A program made the position numbers and the translations under genes. Shown here piece by piece: positions 1 to 8,855 of a DNA stretch of 64,000 nucleotides (positions are counted from its first letter, which is position 1; every line of letters starts with the position of its first letter). Location: positions 1,503-65,502 of the forward strand of contig PWYW01000035.1 in the NCBI GenBank assembly GCA_003567685.1. Reading direction: 5' to 3'. The notes under the pieces are model-generated. The model saw nothing but the letters and a program-made list of their open reading frames with translations. It searched no databases and had not been told where the DNA came from. The stretch comes from Gammaproteobacteria bacterium. GTDB taxonomy: Bacteria; Pseudomonadota; Gammaproteobacteria; Xanthomonadales; Wenzhouxiangellaceae.

Positions 1-292
1 AGCGGCAGCGTTCGGTGCCCAGGCAGGCCCGGATGTCGTCCATCAGCGCGGCATGGTCACCGCGCCAAGGGGCTTGTTGCACCAACAGCCAGTCGCCAGC
101 ACCTGAAGCCAGGCGAATACTCAGGGCCTGTCCAGAGGACGGCGTATCGGCCGATGCCGTTGCACCCGCCACGTCACGTCCTTCAACCGGCCCTGAAGAT
201 GCCGGAATCGCTTCCTGGGCCGAACGCAACTGCCAGCGGCTGATACCCAGCCACTCCAGGCGTCGGTGACTGGTCGAGCTCAGGCGGCTCAT
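1..292 (-). CDS. Partial CDS (5' end only, continues beyond the left window edge); N-terminus resembles DNA polymerase III psi subunit (HolD)
   Basis: My own translation of the minus strand from ATG at 292-290 (ATGA overlap with the pssA stop) gives MSRLSSTSHRRLEWLGISRWQLRSAQEAIPASSGPVEG...DWLLVQQAPWRGDHAALMDDIRACLG, open to position 1. The RR-x-W..LGI..W.LR start resembles E. coli HolD (SRRDWQLQQLGITQWSLRRP, recalled from memory). This ORF is not in the supplied track. Confidence 0.3.
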   Translation of the reverse strand, partial: MSRLSSTSHRRLEWLGISRWQLRSAQEAIPASSGPVEGRDVAGATASADTPSSGQALSIRLASGAGDWLLVQQAPWRGDHAALMDDIRACLGTERCR

Positions 293-1161
293 GAACGGCC
301 CGAACGGCGACGCCGCTGCTGATAACGACCGCGCGCCGTCAGCACCGGGCCGGACATCACGTACAGAACACCGATGGTGAACAGAACAGCAGGCGGATCC
401 AGCGCCAGCAGCACCAGCACCACCAACAAAACGAACAAGCCGGCAAACGGTACCCGATCACTGAGCGGCCGGGCCTTGAAGCTGTAGTAGCGAACGCGCG
501 AAACCATCAGCGTGCCCAGCAACAATGTCAGGCCAAGCATCAGCCAGGCGACCTGTTCGGGGCCGATCTCGCGACTGATGCAGAACCAGATGGTCGCAAT
601 CAGCGTGCCGGCGGCAGCCGGGCTGGCCAGCCCCTGGAAATAGGCCTTGTCGGCCACGCCGGCCTGGGTATTGAAGCGGGCCAGACGCAGCGCCGCACAG
701 GCGGTGAAAAAGAAGGCCCCCAGCCAGCCGAGCTTGTCGGCCACGGTATCGGGCGTTCCCAGGTCGGCCAGCGCCCAGGTGAATACCAGCACGGCCGGTG
801 CCATGCCGAAGGACACCATGTCCGACAGGCTGTCGTACTGCACGCCGAAATCCGACTGGGTATTGGTCATGCGGGCCACGCGACCATCGAGTCCGTCAAA
901 AACGCCGGCAATGACAATGGCGATGCAGGCGACCACCGGGTCGCCTTCGATGGCCATGACGATGGCGTAAAAGCCAGCCATCAGGGCACCTGTTGTCAGC
1001 GCATTGGGCAGCAGGAACGCGCCTCGGGCAGGCCGGCGCGGCGGTTTCGTTTCAGTCACGGTCGGCAGCCCATCCGCCAGCGTTGAAGGTTCATGAACAA
1101 CAGAATAGCATCGCAACCCGGCGCATCGAAAGCGGCTGTCGGCAGCCTTGTCGGTGGGCAT
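289..1161 (-). CDS. pssA: CDP-diacylglycerol--serine O-phosphatidyltransferase (CDP-alcohol phosphatidyltransferase family)
   Basis: The CDP-alcohol phosphatidyltransferase motif D-G-x2-A-R-x8-G-x3-D-x3-D is seen as FDGLDGRVARMTNTQSDFGVQYDSLSDMVSFG. The protein has multiple hydrophobic helices. An alternative GTG start at 1059 (VTETKPPRRP...) is possible. Confidence 0.85.
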   Translation of the reverse strand: MPTDKAADSRFRCAGLRCYSVVHEPSTLADGLPTVTETKPPRRPARGAFLLPNALTTGALMAGFYAIVMAIEGDPVVACIAIVIAGVFDGLDGRVARMTNTQSDFGVQYDSLSDMVSFGMAPAVLVFTWALADLGTPDTVADKLGWLGAFFFTACAALRLARFNTQAGVADKAYFQGLASPAAAGTLIATIWFCISREIGPEQVAWLMLGLTLLLGTLMVSRVRYYSFKARPLSDRVPFAGLFVLLVVLVLLALDPPAVLFTIGVLYVMSGPVLTARGRYQQRRRRSGRS

Positions 1162-1211
1162 GGCTGCTATTATTGATGGCTTGATTCTTTTTGCCTGCCC
1201 GAGCCACCTGA

Positions 1212-2921
1212 ATGAAAACCTCGCAATTCCATCTCGTCACCCAGCGCGAAGTACCCAACGACGCCGAAATCGCCTCGCATCAGCTGATGCTGCGCACCGG
1301 CATGATTCGCAAGCTGACTTCAGGCATCTACACCTGGACCCCGCTGGGCCTGAAGGTGCTCCGGAAAGTCGAGCAGGTGGTACGCGAGGAGATGGACGCC
1401 GCCGGCTGCCTGGAAATGCTGATGCCGTCTGTCCAGCCGTCCGAGCTGTGGCAGGAAACCGGCCGCTGGGAAGACTTCGGTGCCCAGCTTCTCAAGATGA
1501 CCGACCGGGCTGGCCGCGAGTTCGCCTTCGGCCCGACGCATGAGGAAGTCATCACCGAGTTTGCCCGCGGCGAGTTGCGCTCCTACAAGCAGTTACCGGT
1601 CTGCTTCTATCAGATCCAGACCAAGTTCCGCGACGAGATTCGCCCGCGCTTCGGCGTGATGCGCGCCCGCGAGTTCCTGATGAAGGACGGCTATTCCTTC
1701 CACATCAGCGAGGACTGCCTGGGCCGTTTCTACCAGGTGATGTTCGACACCTACAGCCGGATCTTCGAGCGACTGGGCCTGAAGTTCAAGGCCGTAACCG
1801 CCGACTCCGGCGCCATCGGTGGCGCAGTCAGCCATGAGTTCCACGTGCTGGCCGACTCCGGCGAAGACCTGCTGGCCCACGTACCCGGCAGCAGCTACGC
1901 GGCCAACGTCGAGCAGGCCGAGGCCGTGGCCCAGGGCGAGCGCGCCGCGCCCACTGAAGCGATGCGCCTGGTCGACACCCCGAATGCACACACCATCGCC
2001 GAGCTGGTCGAGCAGCACAATCTCCCAATCGAGAAAACGGTCAAGACGCTGATCGTAGCCGCCAGCGAGGACTGCGAAGCGGATTTCATCGCCCTGCTGG
2101 TGCGCGGCGACCACGAGCTCAACGCGGTCAAGGCCGAAAAGTTGCCGCAGGTGGCCTCGCCGCTGCGCATGGCGACCGAAGAAGAAATTCGCAAGACCAT
2201 TGGTGCCGGCCCTGGCAGCCTGGGCCCGGTCGAGCTGCCGATTCCAGCAATTGTTGACCGCCAGGTCGCCCTGATGAGCGATTTCGGCGCCGGCGCCAAC
2301 GTTGACCACAAGCACTACTTCGGCATCAATTGGGAGCGCGATGCGGCGCTGCCCGAAGTGGCCGATATCCGCAACGTGGTGGCGGGCGATGCCGCCGCCG
2401 ACGGTTCGGGCAACATTGAGCTGATCCGCGGCATCGAGGTTGGTCATATCTTTCAGCTCGGCACCAAGTACTCGCAATCCATGAACGCCGTGGTGATGGA
2501 CGAAAACGGTCGCGCCCAGCATCCGACGATGGGCTGCTACGGCATTGGTGTCTCGCGCATCGTGGCCGCGGCCATCGAACAGAACCACGACGACAACGGC
2601 ATCATCTGGCCCGAGCCGATGACGCCGTTCGACGTCGCCATCCTGCCGCTGAACGGCCACAAGTCGCACCGCGTTCGCGAGCTGGCCGAGCGTTTCTACC
2701 GCGAGTTGCGCACGGCCGGCCTGGACGTGTTGATGGACGACCGCAACCAGCGCCCCGGCGTGATGTTTGCCGACGCCGAGTTGATTGGCATCCCTCATGT
2801 GCTGGTGGTTGGCGACCGCGGCCTAGACAACGGCGTGGTCGAATATCGCCGCCGCGGCGGCGAGAACAGCGAGCTTCCAATTGAACAGGTCCGTGAGTTC
2901 CTGACCGGTCAACTGAGTTGA
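1212..2921 (+). CDS. proS: Proline--tRNA ligase
   Basis: 569 aa. The N-terminus [46 protein letters not shown] is typical of bacterial ProRS, with class II motifs ([17 protein letters not shown]) and an INS editing-domain insertion. Confidence 0.97.
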   Translation: MKTSQFHLVTQREVPNDAEIASHQLMLRTGMIRKLTSGIYTWTPLGLKVLRKVEQVVREEMDAAGCLEMLMPSVQPSELWQETGRWEDFGAQLLKMTDRAGREFAFGPTHEEVITEFARGELRSYKQLPVCFYQIQTKFRDEIRPRFGVMRAREFLMKDGYSFHISEDCLGRFYQVMFDTYSRIFERLGLKFKAVTADSGAIGGAVSHEFHVLADSGEDLLAHVPGSSYAANVEQAEAVAQGERAAPTEAMRLVDTPNAHTIAELVEQHNLPIEKTVKTLIVAASEDCEADFIALLVRGDHELNAVKAEKLPQVASPLRMATEEEIRKTIGAGPGSLGPVELPIPAIVDRQVALMSDFGAGANVDHKHYFGINWERDAALPEVADIRNVVAGDAAADGSGNIELIRGIEVGHIFQLGTKYSQSMNAVVMDENGRAQHPTMGCYGIGVSRIVAAAIEQNHDDNGIIWPEPMTPFDVAILPLNGHKSHRVRELAERFYRELRTAGLDVLMDDRNQRPGVMFADAELIGIPHVLVVGDRGLDNGVVEYRRRGGENSELPIEQVREFLTGQLS

Positions 2922-2952
2922 GCGCAACCCTCGAACTTTCTTCAGGTTTTTC

Positions 2953-3531
2953 TTGAGCGACGAGAACGAACAACACACGGTTACCCGCTTGTTGGCCGAC
3001 ATCGGCCAGCAACCCCAGGCGCTGGAACGACTCTCGCGCCTGGTTTATGACGATATCCATCGTCTTGCCCGTTTCCAGCGCGGCGGCTTCAAGGGCGGCG
3101 AAACACTGCGCACCACCGCCCTGGTTCACGAAGCCTTCCTCAAAGTGTTTGATCGGGACGACCCGACCATCAACGATCGTCAGCACCTGATGCGCATCAT
3201 GACGCTGGCCATGCGCCAGATCATCGTTGACCATGCCCGGCGCCAACTGGCCGAAAAACGCGGCGGCGAAGCCATTCACGTCGAACTCGACGAACAGCAG
3301 CACGCCACCGGTCGCCAGGATGCCGAGCGCGTTCTGGATGTGGAGACCGCCATCGAACGACTGAGTGAGGTCGACAAGGCACTTGGGCAGATCATTGCCG
3401 CCCGATTCTATGGCGGCCTGACCATCGATGAACTGGCCGAGATGCAGGGAATTTCCCCCCGCACCATCCAGCGGCAGCTGCAGCGCGCCAATGCCTGGCT
3501 GCGCTTTGAATTGCAAGACTCGAAACACTGA
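2953..3531 (+). CDS. ECF-type RNA polymerase sigma factor (PF07638 / TIGR02999-like subfamily)
   Basis: TTG start, 192 aa. The N-terminus VTRLLADIG...LVYDDIHRLA...TLRTTALVHEAFLKV and the C-terminal region-4 HTH LTIDELAEMQGISPRTIQRQLQRANAWLR match this subfamily. Confidence 0.85.
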   Translation: MSDENEQHTVTRLLADIGQQPQALERLSRLVYDDIHRLARFQRGGFKGGETLRTTALVHEAFLKVFDRDDPTINDRQHLMRIMTLAMRQIIVDHARRQLAEKRGGEAIHVELDEQQHATGRQDAERVLDVETAIERLSEVDKALGQIIAARFYGGLTIDELAEMQGISPRTIQRQLQRANAWLRFELQDSKH

Positions 3532-3592
3532 ATCATCCACCCGGAGCCTGTGATCCGGGCCGACAAATCCAGCCCCATGGAGGGTCAGACCA

Positions 3593-6334
3593 TTGACCAA
3601 AAGGAGGGATAAACCACTCAGTCTGATGCGACGCCGTGCCGTCGATCGTCTGCTTGCCGATTACCTTGAAAGGCCAGCGGCCGAGCAAATGGCATGGCTG
3701 GCCGTCACCCGCCAGCGCCTGCCAAGACTGTCACGCTGGCTGGAACAATTGATCGACCAGAGTGGCACCGTAACTTTGCTGGCTGACTCGCTGGATCGCC
3801 TGGCCGCCGAATCCATCACCCGAATCGAGGCTGATGTTCAAACCCTGAACCAGGGTGACCGCCTTGGCCCCTGGGAAGTCAGTGAGGAAGTCGGCCAGGG
3901 CGGCATGGGGCGAGTCTACCGGGGGCAACGAATTGACGGCGCCTTCGAAATGGACGTGGCCATCAAGCAGATTGGCCAGCGTCGTCGAGGCCTGGCCGAT
4001 CTGCTTCGCCAAGAGTGCCGTTTGCTGGCCCGTCTGGACCACCCGGCGATCACCCGGTTGGTGGATGCCGGGCTGGATGAGCGCTGCGGACCATTCTTGA
4101 TCATGGAATGGGTCGATGGCCAGGATCTCACCGACTGGCTGGCCGACAACCAGGCTGATTGGCAACAGCGATTGGCGGTGTTCGAGCAGGTCCTTGAGGC
4201 CGTTGAACACGCCCATCAGCGGCTGATCATCCATGGCGACATCAAACCCGGCAATTTGCGCATCACGCCCGAAGGACAGGTCAAGCTGCTGGATTTCGGC
4301 ATTGCCCGCCTGACCGACAGCGACGAAACCGGACCGGCACGAATTCGTGCATTGACGCCAGCCTATGCCGCGCCCGAGCTTTTCGAGGGCGAGCCGGCCA
4401 GCCTGCGATCCGATATCTACGCGCTGGGCCGCCTGCTGCACACGTTGGCGGGCAGTCAGGGGCCGTCGGGAAATTCACGGCGTGCTCTGCTCGCGATCAC
4501 CAATAAAGCCTGCCATGCCTCAGCGGCGGAGCGCTACGCTTCGGTCACGGCGTTGGCTGACGATTTGCAGCGCCTGAAATGCGGCCGGCCGGTTTTGGCG
4601 CTACCGCAGACCACCCGCTACCGGCTGAGTTGCCTGTTGCACCGCAACAAACTGGCTTCTGGCCTGATCGCGCTGCTGTGCCTGTCCCTGCTCGGCGGAC
4701 TGGCAGGCCTGCTCTGGCAAACCCAGCAGACTCGCATGGCCGCCGAACGCGCGATCAACGAAGGTGAGCGCGCAGAGGCGGTGCGCGACTTTCTGGTCGA
4801 GATGCTGGCCAAGGCCGACCCGCGCCAGCTTCCCGGTGAGTCGCCGAGCGTTCGCGACGTGCTGCGGCAAAGCGCCGACGATCTCGACCAGCGATTTGCC
4901 GAGCAAGCAGATATCGCCTTCGAACTGCACAGCGTGATCGGCCAGGGCCTTGAGGGTCTGGGCGACCGACAAGCGGCACGCCCCCACCTGGAGGCCGCTC
5001 GAGACCTGATTGCGCAGGAACCGGCGCTCGGCCGGGACCCCCTGGATCTGGCGCGAGCCAAGTATCGCGCGGCTCGCATGCTTCCGGCTTCGGATGAGAA
5101 ACGCGAACTCATTCTCGCCGCTCAGGAAGAAATGCTGAAGCACGAAGAGCAGGACCCGCTGCTCGAATCCGGTATTTTGCTGACCCTTGCCCACGACGCG
5201 TTCATGCGGGGCCATGTCGAACAGGCCGTCTCACTCGGCCAGGCGGCAGAGGAACTGGTCTGCCCTGGCGACGATTCGGTCGACAAGGCGAGTGCCTGTA
5301 TCAGCATGCTCGGAGATCTCTATTTCTATCTCGACCGCAGCGGTCATCCACAAGCCGCTCTCGACGCAGCCCGGCGCGGTCACGAACTGGCTCAGGATCA
5401 CTTCCATGACGCCGCCCACCCTGGACGCATAAACAGCGCGGTGAGCTACATCAATGCCCTGGTCGACGATTTCCAGACTGAATTGGCTGTCACCGAAGGC
5501 AAGAAAATGCTCCAGCAGGTCGAGCGAAGCTACCGGCACTCTGATTCGCCGCTGGAGGCCTATATTCGCTTTCCTCTGGCCCGTGCCCAGGCCGCTCTTG
5601 GAGAGGACCATCAGGCGGCCGCCACCTGGACCAAGGCATTGGAAATCATGGTCGAGCGCCAGCCGCGCGGGCTGGGCATCCCGGTCCAGCTCAATTTCCT
5701 GGCCCAGGCCTGGTTGGAACTCGACCAGCCCGAGCAGGCTCGCCGCGCTTACCAGCGTTTCTTTCCCGAGACCTGGGACAACACGCCGAGCGCGGCGCTG
5801 TCATTCCGGCAGGTCAACGAATGGCGGATGCAGTCGTTGAAACAACCGTTGGGCCGCGAGGGCTGGCTTGAGGCCATGGAGCAATTCGGTGAACGCTTCG
5901 AGGGAGACGTCGACCATTGGCGCCCGGCCCTGCTGCGCTTTGCCATCGAAGAGGCCCTGTCCGGGAATGACGAGGGCCTGGCCGACGAGTGGATCGAGTT
6001 GGCCAGATCCCTCGATGAGACACCGGGCGGACCAACGGTCTGGCACGGTCTGTTGGCCCAGCATCATCTGCTCAAGCAGGAAAACGATTTGGCCGAGGGG
6101 CAAATCGAACAGGCCCTGGCAGCCTTCGACCGACAGGGCGAGCGCACCGGCCCCCGGCTGGCCAGACTGCGCGCGCTGCAGGCCGAGCAGCGCTGCCGAG
6201 CGGGTCTGTTCGACGAAGGAATCTCAGCGCTGGAGGCTGCCCGTCGCTACTGGCGCGAGGACGCCAACCTGACGGAAGGCAGCCGGGCGATGGAGGCGCT
6301 GGCTGAAACCTGTGCAAGCGACCGGAACTCCTGA
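3593..6334 (+). CDS. Transmembrane serine/threonine protein kinase with large C-terminal helical-repeat (TPR-like) domain
   Basis: Hanks kinase motifs are present: GQGGMGRVY (G-loop), VAIKQI, HGDIKPGNL (non-RD), DFGIA and PAYAAPE. There is one TM segment, LASGLIALLCLSLLGGLAGLLW. About 530 aa of Ala/Leu-rich repeats follow. The start is TTG at 3593 or ATG at 3626. Confidence 0.85.
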   Translation: MTKRRDKPLSLMRRRAVDRLLADYLERPAAEQMAWLAVTRQRLPRLSRWLEQLIDQSGTVTLLADSLDRLAAESITRIEADVQTLNQGDRLGPWEVSEEVGQGGMGRVYRGQRIDGAFEMDVAIKQIGQRRRGLADLLRQECRLLARLDHPAITRLVDAGLDERCGPFLIMEWVDGQDLTDWLADNQADWQQRLAVFEQVLEAVEHAHQRLIIHGDIKPGNLRITPEGQVKLLDFGIARLTDSDETGPARIRALTPAYAAPELFEGEPASLRSDIYALGRLLHTLAGSQGPSGNSRRALLAITNKACHASAAERYASVTALADDLQRLKCGRPVLALPQTTRYRLSCLLHRNKLASGLIALLCLSLLGGLAGLLWQTQQTRMAAERAINEGERAEAVRDFLVEMLAKADPRQLPGESPSVRDVLRQSADDLDQRFAEQADIAFELHSVIGQGLEGLGDRQAARPHLEAARDLIAQEPALGRDPLDLARAKYRAARMLPASDEKRELILAAQEEMLKHEEQDPLLESGILLTLAHDAFMRGHVEQAVSLGQAAEELVCPGDDSVDKASACISMLGDLYFYLDRSGHPQAALDAARRGHELAQDHFHDAAHPGRINSAVSYINALVDDFQTELAVTEGKKMLQQVERSYRHSDSPLEAYIRFPLARAQAALGEDHQAAATWTKALEIMVERQPRGLGIPVQLNFLAQAWLELDQPEQARRAYQRFFPETWDNTPSAALSFRQVNEWRMQSLKQPLGREGWLEAMEQFGERFEGDVDHWRPALLRFAIEEALSGNDEGLADEWIELARSLDETPGGPTVWHGLLAQHHLLKQENDLAEGQIEQALAAFDRQGERTGPRLARLRALQAEQRCRAGLFDEGISALEAARRYWREDANLTEGSRAMEALAETCASDRNS

Positions 6335-6409
6335 GATGGAAGCCGCGAGTCACACTGGACCGGGCCCGAGTCAGCGTTGCCTTTTTTGCCCTGGACAGGG
6401 CCGACCGCG

Positions 6410-7549
6410 CTACTCGGGCGCTTTCTGCATCCCACTGTCTCGAACCCAGAGGTCGCGCTGAGGGAAGGGAATTTCGATACCGGCCGCATTCAGGGCGTTG
6501 TAAATCTTCATGTACAGCTCGTGAGTCACAACACCCCGTTCCACCGGATGGTTGACCCAGCACAGCAGCTCGAAATCCAGGCTGGAATCGCCAAAGCCGC
6601 GCATCCTAACCCTTGGGGTGGGGTCCTTGCAGACGCTGTCGTGGTTGGCCGCAATACCTTCAAGCAGTTCCACCACCTCTTCGACGTTGGAGCCATAGGC
6701 CACGCCCACCTTGATGCGAATGCGGAACTTGACCCAGCGCCCGCCCGACTCGTTATAGATCTTTGAGTTGGCCATCTCGGCGTTGGGCACGGTGATTTCC
6801 ACGTCGTCGCGAGTCAACAGGCGAGTGGAACGGATGCCAACCTTGGTGACTTCGCCGCGCTCGCCGCCATCGAGCACGATGTAGTCGCCCAGCTTGTAGG
6901 GCGCATCGGCAATGATGAAAAAGCCGGCGAACAAATTGGCCAGGGTATCGCGGGCAGCGAAACCCACGGCGATGCCAATAACACCCGCCGAGGCCAGCCA
7001 GGCGGTGGGATTGATATCCCAGACCATCAGCAGGGCATAGGCTGCCGCGCCAATGATCAGAATGGTCATGACCAGGTCGAACAGCGGCAGGGTACGCTCT
7101 TCGACGATTTCGTAGCGGTCGCGAATGCGGCTGAGGATCTCCAGCCCCAGGTGACTGGCACGCATCGCCGACTTGATCAGACGCAGGATCAGCAGGCTGA
7201 GCAACACCCGAATCAGCGTCTGCTCAACCCGTTCCGACAAGCCAATCACCTGGATGGCCAGCACCAGGGCAATGTAGCCCACGATCAGCGCCGCCACGTT
7301 GGCCACGATCTGGATCAACCGCGGCCCCAGGTCTGGGCTGGTACGGCTGATCAAGCGATTGCCCCACTTCAGCACGAAGGCCCGTCCGATGACCGCCGCG
7401 CCAATTCCCAGCACCATGACAATCAGCGACAGCACGATCGGATAGGTGGCCAGGAAATCCCAGCTTGGCACCAGGGGGTCGGGCAGCCACAACGGGGCTT
7501 CGGCCCGATAGGGGGTGGTGATGTCGTCGCTCTCTGGCGCGATGTTCAT
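6410..7549 (-). CDS. Mechanosensitive ion channel family protein (MscS-like)
   Basis: N-terminal TM helices are followed by the MscS beta-domain signature region FAGFFIIADAPYKLGDYIVLDGGERGEVTKVGIRSTRLLTRDDVEITVPN. There is a 4-nt overlap with the upstream trhO. Confidence 0.85.
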   Translation of the reverse strand: MNIAPESDDITTPYRAEAPLWLPDPLVPSWDFLATYPIVLSLIVMVLGIGAAVIGRAFVLKWGNRLISRTSPDLGPRLIQIVANVAALIVGYIALVLAIQVIGLSERVEQTLIRVLLSLLILRLIKSAMRASHLGLEILSRIRDRYEIVEERTLPLFDLVMTILIIGAAAYALLMVWDINPTAWLASAGVIGIAVGFAARDTLANLFAGFFIIADAPYKLGDYIVLDGGERGEVTKVGIRSTRLLTRDDVEITVPNAEMANSKIYNESGGRWVKFRIRIKVGVAYGSNVEEVVELLEGIAANHDSVCKDPTPRVRMRGFGDSSLDFELLCWVNHPVERGVVTHELYMKIYNALNAAGIEIPFPQRDLWVRDSGMQKAPE

Positions 7550-8496
7550 GACTGGGTCTCCGATTCAGGCGGCGACTTGGCCGCGTCCGGCTGGGCCGAC
7601 GGCCCGATGTGCGACTGGCCACGCGATTCGGCCAGCGCCAGTTGACGAGCCTTCTCACGCAGCCCGGTCAGACGATTCTCCTCGAAGACCTGACCGCACA
7701 GACCGCACTCGCCTTGGGCAGTCAGCGGGGGCAGCCCATGCGGCCCCAGGCCATCGACCGGTCGGCTGCAAGCCAGGCAGGCCAGGCGACCGGTGGGCGA
7801 CAAGGCCTGATCAACCGCAACCCGATCATCAAAGACATAGCACTCGCCACGCCATAAGGATTGCTCTGCCGGGATATCGCGCAGGTAATTCAGAATGCCG
7901 CCGTGCAGCTGGTAGACCTGCTCGTAGCCATTGGCCAGCAGCCAGGCGCTGGCCTTCTCGCAGCGCACGCCCCCGGTACAGAACATAGCCACGGGGCGGT
8001 TGCGGTCGAGATGATCCAGCGACCACTGGCGAAACTCGGTAAAACTGTCGATGGCCGGATCAAGCGCGTCGCGGAAGGTGCCAATCTCCACTTCGTACTG
8101 GTTGCGCGTATCGACCAGCTGGATATCGTCCTGCTGCAACAGGGCATGCCAGTCGGTCGGCGACAGCGCCTGGCCAGTGGGAACCTGACCCGGACGCAGA
8201 TCAGCGTCAAAGGTGATGATCTCCGGACGAATGCGCACGCGCAGCCTGAGAAACGGCACGGCATCCACCGGGCCCCGGTTGGTCACCAGGTTGGCAACGC
8301 CCTGCTCGCTTGCCAGCCACTCCAGCCACTGATCGATGGCCGCCGGATCGCCGCCGAGGCTGAAATTGATGCCTTCGTCGGCCAGCAGCACCGTGCCCAG
8401 CAGCCCCAGCCGCTGCGCCTGCACCTTGATGCGCTCCCGCCGGAGCGGCAGTTGGTCCAGGTCGATGAATTGATAGGCGCTTAACAGATCGGGCAT
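7546..8496 (-). CDS. trhO: tRNA uridine(34) hydroxylase / rhodanese-domain protein (UPF0176, YceA family)
   Basis: The rhodanese active-site region VAMFCTGGVRCEKASAWLLANGYEQVYQLHGGILNYL is present. The N-terminus YQFIDL...LGTVLLADEGIN is typical of YceA/TrhO. Confidence 0.85.
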   Translation of the reverse strand: MPDLLSAYQFIDLDQLPLRRERIKVQAQRLGLLGTVLLADEGINFSLGGDPAAIDQWLEWLASEQGVANLVTNRGPVDAVPFLRLRVRIRPEIITFDADLRPGQVPTGQALSPTDWHALLQQDDIQLVDTRNQYEVEIGTFRDALDPAIDSFTEFRQWSLDHLDRNRPVAMFCTGGVRCEKASAWLLANGYEQVYQLHGGILNYLRDIPAEQSLWRGECYVFDDRVAVDQALSPTGRLACLACSRPVDGLGPHGLPPLTAQGECGLCGQVFEENRLTGLREKARQLALAESRGQSHIGPSAQPDAAKSPPESETQS

Positions 8497-8855
8497 TACG
8501 ACACTTCACACAAAATCTCAGGTGGTTTTCATTGTAACCGCTTGACACCCGTCGCCCCCGCCAGCCATGCGGCAGATTGGCGCCACAGGGGCTTGCTGTC
8601 CACCGGCCTCTGCTGTTATTATTGATCGGCTATGTTGCCATTGATCGTTAATGGCGAAAGCAAAAAACACACGCTGGTCGTCACATGTCGCGGGGTTGCC
8701 CGCCTCGAGTTAAACCGGGAGGTTTAGCTGGAGGCCACGGTTCGCAGGCATGGGATCAGCGGAGGCTCAAACCCCGGACAATGCATTTTTCGCCCTCTTG
8801 GTGCCGTAGAAACCGGCTCCCGGCAATGCTTGTCCAACACATGGAAGGAATGACC

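Noticed and set aside
1163-1177. GCTG(C/T)TATTATTGAT occurs in both the pssA/proS (1163-1177) and trhO/rpsB (8612-8626) divergent promoter regions.
   Set aside because: A 14/15 match between two AT-rich promoter segments is about what chance predicts for the intergenic fraction of this window. I cannot name a known binding-site consensus for it.
1593-2798. Long antisense ORFs opposite bona fide genes. Examples are 1593-2798(-) vs proS, 9804-10883(-) vs tsf, 12179-13411(-) vs uppS/cdsA, 14141-15118(-) vs rseP and 20651-21844(-) vs lpxB. Further examples are 34372-35418(+) vs the SBP, 40122-41291(+) vs pyrG, 48513-49604(+) vs the permease, 51437-52579(+) vs the adaptor and 59415-60884(+) vs the ThDP enzyme.
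   Set aside because: Their translations are Arg/Gly/Ala/Pro/His-rich with no motifs. Each lies fully within a gene whose product has textbook motifs. Long stop-free antisense frames are expected at this GC content.
2933-2938. GAACTT, a -35-like ECF promoter element upstream of the ECF sigma gene.
   Set aside because: It lies only 15 nt before the TTG start that the conserved N-terminus requires. That leaves no room for a spacer, a -10 element and a leader, so the gene is probably read through from proS or from a promoter inside proS.
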